The notes under the pieces: model-generated
What the model was told of the DNA's origin: nothing
What the model saw: the letters and a program-made list of their open reading frames with translations, nothing else
Database searches by the model: none
Made by a program: the position numbers and the translations under genes
Part shown: piece after piece, positions 27,172 to 32,000 of the stretch
Layout: each line of letters opens with the position of its first letter
Numbering within the stretch: position 1 is the first letter of the stretch
Source: Candidatus Harpocratesius repetitus
Lineage (GTDB): Archaea > Asgardarchaeota > Lokiarchaeia > Sigyniarchaeales > Promethearchaeaceae
Direction of reading: 5' to 3'
Assembly (NCBI GenBank): GCA_021498095.1
Contig: JAIZWK010000001.1
Location: forward strand, 2,340,001-2,372,000
Length of the DNA stretch: 32,000 nt

Positions 27172-28449
27172 GTGTCAACGCCAAAGAAAGAGCGTGAAAA
27201 GGAACAATCAAAAGAAGAAACTACAGGACAATTTATAAAACCAAAGTTAGAACTACCTCTTTATGCTCAACATACTAACGGTTGTGGATTAGCTTCATTA
27301 TTAATGTTGATAAATGTTCCAAAGAATCCCTCTATCAAAAAGTTTTTAGATAAGATATGGTCTTATATCAAACCTCTCTATAATAACCCCCCTGTGGTGA
27401 AACCTGAACTCCAATGGGCTATTGTGCTCCAATATATTTTACTAAAAATTGTAGGTTATGCAGATAAAGAGGATCTATATGCCTTTTTTAATCAAAGATT
27501 GGAATTCATGTATGAAGATCAACGAATAATGAATAAATTTAATCAAGAGCAGTATTATAACACTTTATTACGTAAAAAGAAGCTATTAGAAGCATATACT
27601 TTTCTGCATTATACTGAGGATCATGATTATATTACTCCTCTACTACTCTATAAAAACCTTCATACAATGAAAACAGATTTGGAATTGAAGATTTTGGCTG
27701 AATTATTTAATTATCAGTTCCTATATCAAGATGCTGAAGATTATACAGGTGCAATTTATTTTACAAGTCAAGAATTAGGCCGTGAAATTTCGCAATCAGC
27801 CAGAGTTAAATGGAATAGATTAGAAAAGTTTTCCCAACACCCCGATATAATTATATTATACGGACAGCAACATCATTGGTTAGCTGTTCGTGGATTTTAC
27901 AAGATACAGGCAAAAGATAACATTCCTGAAGAAGTAGTTGAAGAAATTCGCTATAAAAAACAAAATAGAAACCACATTAAATATATCGAAAATGTTAAGG
28001 AAAATAGTCAAAATCAAGAGAAACAAGAGAAAAAGGAAAATAGAGAAATTTTAGTTACATCTACAACTTCATCAATTTCTTCAAAATCATTAAATGCTTC
28101 TACTTCTCAAACAATTAAAAATAATAAATCAAATGAAAATATAAACTCAAATGAAAAATACAATTCAATTTTAGCTGAGATAAGTGCAATTTTTGAAGAT
28201 GAATTTACAATTTGGCATCCACGCCGTTTGATCGTTGATTTACATGATCCTGCTTTAGTTTCTCGAGTGAAAATACCATATAAAGGTTTAAATGAGTCGG
28301 ATAGATTCTATATCTTCAAAAAAAGGCCTATAAAAGATTATCCTGCATTTTCTTTAATTTTAAAATATATAAAAGATGATAGTTTAGCCGAGCAAGTTAG
28401 GTGGAAAGACTATTTAGAAAAGCGCGCCAAAAGTATGAAATCAAATTAA
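27172..28449 (+). CDS. C39-like (papain-fold) putative cysteine peptidase, paralogue 2
   Basis: AQHTNGCGLASLLML, HHWLAV, VDLHDP. Shares MKTDLELK and RFYIFK with paralogue 1. GTG start. Confidence 0.6.
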   Translation: MSTPKKEREKEQSKEETTGQFIKPKLELPLYAQHTNGCGLASLLMLINVPKNPSIKKFLDKIWSYIKPLYNNPPVVKPELQWAIVLQYILLKIVGYADKEDLYAFFNQRLEFMYEDQRIMNKFNQEQYYNTLLRKKKLLEAYTFLHYTEDHDYITPLLLYKNLHTMKTDLELKILAELFNYQFLYQDAEDYTGAIYFTSQELGREISQSARVKWNRLEKFSQHPDIIILYGQQHHWLAVRGFYKIQAKDNIPEEVVEEIRYKKQNRNHIKYIENVKENSQNQEKQEKKENREILVTSTTSSISSKSLNASTSQTIKNNKSNENINSNEKYNSILAEISAIFEDEFTIWHPRRLIVDLHDPALVSRVKIPYKGLNESDRFYIFKKRPIKDYPAFSLILKYIKDDSLAEQVRWKDYLEKRAKSMKSN

Positions 28450-28529
28450 TCAAATAGATGAGAATTTCTTAATGATTTTAGTTATATGCGAAGAGGAATA
28501 TCGATTTCAACTTTAGTTAGTTAATTTTT

Positions 28530-29804
28530 TTATTCTTTTTGATTTTCTTCGTATATTTTTCCTTCTAATTCAAAAGATCCATGAGAACCACAAAATGGAC
28601 AACCTTTTAATTTTAATTCTTCAATTGTGGAAATTTCTGAATTAACTCCAACTAAAATTGACTTTTTACAGGATTTGCAAAAATAACTCCGGTTTGAAGG
28701 GGAAATTTCTCCAGTATAAATCGGTTTTGTCCATATTTCATCTGCTTTAACAAATTTTAAAATATTTTTTACTTGTTGTGAATCTTCAGCAACTAATGAA
28801 TTTAGTTTTCTTGAAGCTTTTTTTAGTATTAATGTTTGTTTTGTTGTAACTAGACGATATAATTGAGTAATATTGCCAAATATTTGTGCTCCTTCGTAAT
28901 AATTAAAACGAGGATATATTTCAGCAATGACTAAACCCCATTTTGTGAATAATTCTTGCATTTGTAACATTTCTTCAGGACTTCGGTGAGCAAATGATAA
29001 ATATATTTCTCTACCCGAATTTGGATTTAATAATTCTATAGCGCGAGATATAACTAGTTGTAATCCTGAAATTGAATAAGGAGGGTCAACTATAACTGTA
29101 TCAAATTGTTGAAGGAACTTTAAAGGTATCGGGTTGCGGTAATCCCAATGAAATGTAACAAATTCTGGTGAATCCCACTTACTCTGATTTTTTATATCTT
29201 GCAAAAGACGATCATCAATATCAAAAACGATTATTTGATTTGGAATTAAATGGGGTTCTTCTGGAAAAAAACCACGATATAATTCACTTACTGCAATTGA
29301 AGTATAATCATCATCCCCAAGAAAACAGATTTTTTTACCTTCTAAAGCACCATTACGATAAAGTAGAAGAGCTCTTTGAAGTGAGGTTTCTGCGTCTGCA
29401 AATGCTTGATCTAGTTGAGTATTTACTACAGGTCGTTTTGCAAATATTTCATTTAAATATTCAAGTAATGGTTCCCATCTAGGAGATATCCAGATTGGAA
29501 GACTATCGCATTCATCACATTCACTAATTCCATATCCATAAAAATGCAATTCGCGTTCAATAAATTGCATCCCTTTTTCTGTATATAAGATTCCTTCAGG
29601 TATTCGATCTAAGATTTCCTTATCAATTAAAAAATTGATTACTTTTGAAAGGACTGGAATTGGTATTTTTGTTTGATAGGCTAAATCTTGAAGAGAAATA
29701 TGACCTGCACGGTAGATCTCACGCAATATTAATCGATGCCCTTCTATTCCTTCTCTAATCTGGACCTTTTCTTGCAATTGAAATAAAAATTCCATAAAAA
29801 TCAC
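28530..29804 (-). CDS. bpsA: BpsA/DUF43-family aminopropyltransferase (branched-chain polyamine synthase-like) with N-terminal wHTH and C-terminal Zn ribbon
   Basis: LDQAF, LEGKKICFLGDDD, VFDIDDRLL, DPPY. C-terminal CKSC...CPFCG. Confidence 0.72.
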   Translation of the reverse strand: MIFMEFLFQLQEKVQIREGIEGHRLILREIYRAGHISLQDLAYQTKIPIPVLSKVINFLIDKEILDRIPEGILYTEKGMQFIERELHFYGYGISECDECDSLPIWISPRWEPLLEYLNEIFAKRPVVNTQLDQAFADAETSLQRALLLYRNGALEGKKICFLGDDDYTSIAVSELYRGFFPEEPHLIPNQIIVFDIDDRLLQDIKNQSKWDSPEFVTFHWDYRNPIPLKFLQQFDTVIVDPPYSISGLQLVISRAIELLNPNSGREIYLSFAHRSPEEMLQMQELFTKWGLVIAEIYPRFNYYEGAQIFGNITQLYRLVTTKQTLILKKASRKLNSLVAEDSQQVKNILKFVKADEIWTKPIYTGEISPSNRSYFCKSCKKSILVGVNSEISTIEELKLKGCPFCGSHGSFELEGKIYEENQKE

Positions 29805-29908
29805 ATTTATATTTGCAATTAATATCGTTGAACGAAAGGAGAAAAAAAAAGTTTGTTTTATAAGGTAAACTTTGGAAAAATTTGTTGAAAATTAAGGATA
29901 TTGACCGA

Positions 29909-30268
29909 CTAAACTGGGTTAAATACCTTTAACCTTGAACTACTTGTAATTCTTTTAATTTTTCCTTCAGCTTCTAAATCTAATAAGAATTTCTTCATTG
30001 TCGAAACTCGAACTTCATATTTACTTGCTAATTCATTTGCTGTAATTGCTTTCATTTTTAAAATATCTTTTCGTAATTTCTTTTCTAAAGCTAAAGGAAG
30101 ATATGGATCACGTTGGATTGTTTCTAAAGTAGCCACTTTTCCGTATTTCTTATTCATTTTTCGAACTTGGGTTTCAGCTTGGACTTTATTGATCTTATCA
30201 TCATCCATAACTAAATCTTCGGATTCTTCTTGTTCTTCTTCCGAATCAATTTTTTTCTTCTTTGCCAT
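29909..30268 (-). CDS. rps25e: Small-subunit ribosomal protein eS25 (S25e)
   Basis: KDILKMKAITANELASKYEVRVSTMKKFLLDLEAEGKIKRI...SRLKVF winged helix. Start 30268. Confidence 0.88.
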   Translation of the reverse strand: MAKKKKIDSEEEQEESEDLVMDDDKINKVQAETQVRKMNKKYGKVATLETIQRDPYLPLALEKKLRKDILKMKAITANELASKYEVRVSTMKKFLLDLEAEGKIKRITSSSRLKVFNPV

Positions 30269-30484
30269 CGTACAACACATCAAATATGGTATTTATATCT
30301 ATGAAGGCTCAATGTTGCATAATTAAAAAATTTTGGCTTTTCTCAGCAAAATATTACTCATTTGATGAATTATGTGCATCTAATTCATCAGTAATAAATG
30401 GAAAGGAAGACTAATTATCTTAATAATAAATGAAAGAAAATATGTTTAATCTTAAGACTTTCAATTAATTGGAGAATTGATTTA

Positions 30485-31138
30485 ATGGGGAAAAATCGGC
30501 AAGAACAGAAAAAGAAAGCTTATGAGTTTTTTATAAAACATCAGCGACCAGAAGAATTTGCTAAAGATCCCCTCATTTATTATACTCCAGAACGAGTAAA
30601 AGAGTATGCTGAATCTAAGTCTTTAATGCGAATTCAAGAAGGAATTACTAAAAGGTGCGTTGAATTAGTTCATGCTGCGCCACCTGCACTTTTTTTGGAT
30701 ATTGGGATGGGATGTGGATTTGCATCGGTATTCTTAAATTTAAAAGGATTTAGAACAATAGGATTGGATATAAATCGTTTCTTCCTTTCTTATTATTCCT
30801 TACCTGAATTAAATTCAATACAAGCAGATATGCGGGAATTTAGATTACGTCCTCGCTCTATAGACTTTATTATTTCGATTTCTGCGGTTCAATGGATTTT
30901 GGCTGAATCAGATGAACAAAAACGCCGACAATATCTTAAAGATTTCAGTCAATTTTGTGCAGAAATTTTAAAACCTCAAGGAAAATTAATTTTTCAATTT
31001 TATCCCAAATCAGATGAAGCCATGATGGAATTAGGACACGAATTTAAAGAAATAGGTGCATTCGAAGGAAATTTTGTGATTGATAATCCGGAAAACCCCA
31101 AAAAAAGACGAATTTTCTTACTTCTTGATAGATTATAG
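30485..31138 (+). CDS. Bud23/WBSCR22-like class I SAM methyltransferase (paralogue 1)
   Basis: RPEE..YY...Y, RIQ, LDIGMGCG, ISISAVQW, QFYPKS, VIDNPENPKKRRIFLLL follow yeast Bud23 motifs as recalled. Confidence 0.8.
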   Translation: MGKNRQEQKKKAYEFFIKHQRPEEFAKDPLIYYTPERVKEYAESKSLMRIQEGITKRCVELVHAAPPALFLDIGMGCGFASVFLNLKGFRTIGLDINRFFLSYYSLPELNSIQADMREFRLRPRSIDFIISISAVQWILAESDEQKRRQYLKDFSQFCAEILKPQGKLIFQFYPKSDEAMMELGHEFKEIGAFEGNFVIDNPENPKKRRIFLLLDRL

Positions 31139-31175
31139 AAAAAATTTGCTGATAGAGAGATGGAGAAAAAAAAAC

Positions 31176-31886
31176 ATGGTGAAGAAAAAGACAAAAAAAA
31201 GATTAAAAAAAAAAAAACCTATCAGCAAAAATAATCGACCTATGATCCATGAATATTTTGGCTTAGATGCTGAAGCATATGCTCATTCACAGTGGATGGA
31301 ACGAAATCAGAGAAAAACAACTCTGAAAGCCATTGAATTATTAAATACTTCACCGTACTTTGAAATGGAATATAATTCTGAAACAAAAAAAGAAGAAATA
31401 GGAGATTCATACATTGAATCTAAATTATGTCTGGATTTAGGATGCGGTTCTGGGTTTTCGAGTTTAGAATTAATTCATTTCTTTTCGCGGGTCATTGGTT
31501 TGGATTTTTCAAGAGATATGATTAAATTTATTCCTAATAATAATTCTCTTCATTTAGTTCAAGCAGATCTACGGGCTCTACCATTTCGCTCCAATCTTTT
31601 CTCTACGGTTATATCAATTTCTGCATATAATTTTGTGAGTGAAGGTGCTAAAAATAAAAATCAAATTAATCGACAGATTTACCAAGCTTTTAAAGATCTC
31701 ATTTATTGTATTGGTGATTTAGGCAAAATTGTAATTGAATTTTATCCCACTCCCTTAGAAGAAGAAATCTTTTTTCAAGTTTTAAAAAAATTCCCCATAC
31801 AAGGTGGAATGTTAAAAACAGATCCTGGAACACGTAAAGAAAAAAAATTTTTACTATTGCGAAAAATTTCATCAGATCTCGATTAA
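31176..31886 (+). CDS. Bud23-like class I SAM methyltransferase (paralogue 2, more divergent)
   Basis: LDLGCGSGFS, GLDFSRDM, QADLRALPFR, ISISAYNF, EFYP, DPGTRKEKKFLLL. Start 31176 with GGAG upstream. Confidence 0.72.
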   Translation: MVKKKTKKRLKKKKPISKNNRPMIHEYFGLDAEAYAHSQWMERNQRKTTLKAIELLNTSPYFEMEYNSETKKEEIGDSYIESKLCLDLGCGSGFSSLELIHFFSRVIGLDFSRDMIKFIPNNNSLHLVQADLRALPFRSNLFSTVISISAYNFVSEGAKNKNQINRQIYQAFKDLIYCIGDLGKIVIEFYPTPLEEEIFFQVLKKFPIQGGMLKTDPGTRKEKKFLLLRKISSDLD

Positions 31887-32000
31887 TTCTAACAAACGAT
31901 TAATCTTGATTATATTTCATCAAAAATCGAAATATTTAAAGGGAATCCCCAAATATAACCGCAAATTTTTTTTACATTCAAATATTTTATCAAATTAGTT

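Noticed and set aside
2725-31194. Short shadow ORFs in the track (2725, 4122, 4392, 5083, 6148, 6725, 9580, 11439, 13930, 14286, 15470, 16573, 17782, 18865, 20177, 21201, 22675, 23975, 25673, 29168, 31000)
   Set aside because: They overlap well-supported genes or the tRNA on the opposite strand or in another frame, and show no motifs.

Overview
AT-rich (roughly 30% GC by eye) chromosomal window that looks like an Asgard archaeon, probably Lokiarchaeia/Promethearchaeota. This is inferred from eS25, the thiolase+DUF35 pair, an IPGY-TM-basic sorting tail and LRR/WD40 proteins. Housekeeping genes include thiolase/DUF35, an FdhB-like Fe-S protein, ferredoxin, speD, tdh/kbl, sfsA, tRNA-Ser(CGA), a BpsA-like synthase and rps25e, mixed with lineage-specific genes. 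Highlights: (1) two tandem Bud23/WBSCR22-like rRNA methyltransferases divergent from eS25; (2) a 312-bp MITE in two inverted copies with GAGG...CCTC ends and 4-bp target duplications, one splitting a SagB-type nitroreductase; (3) a Cys/His metal-binding gene missed by the ORF track because of one extra base in an A9 run; (4) tandem C39/papain-like peptidase paralogues; (5) a Lys-rich/acidic/Cys4 small protein, a three-cassette LRR protein, tandem membrane paralogues and a truncated IS607. All family calls come from motif recognition by eye; no database searches were run.
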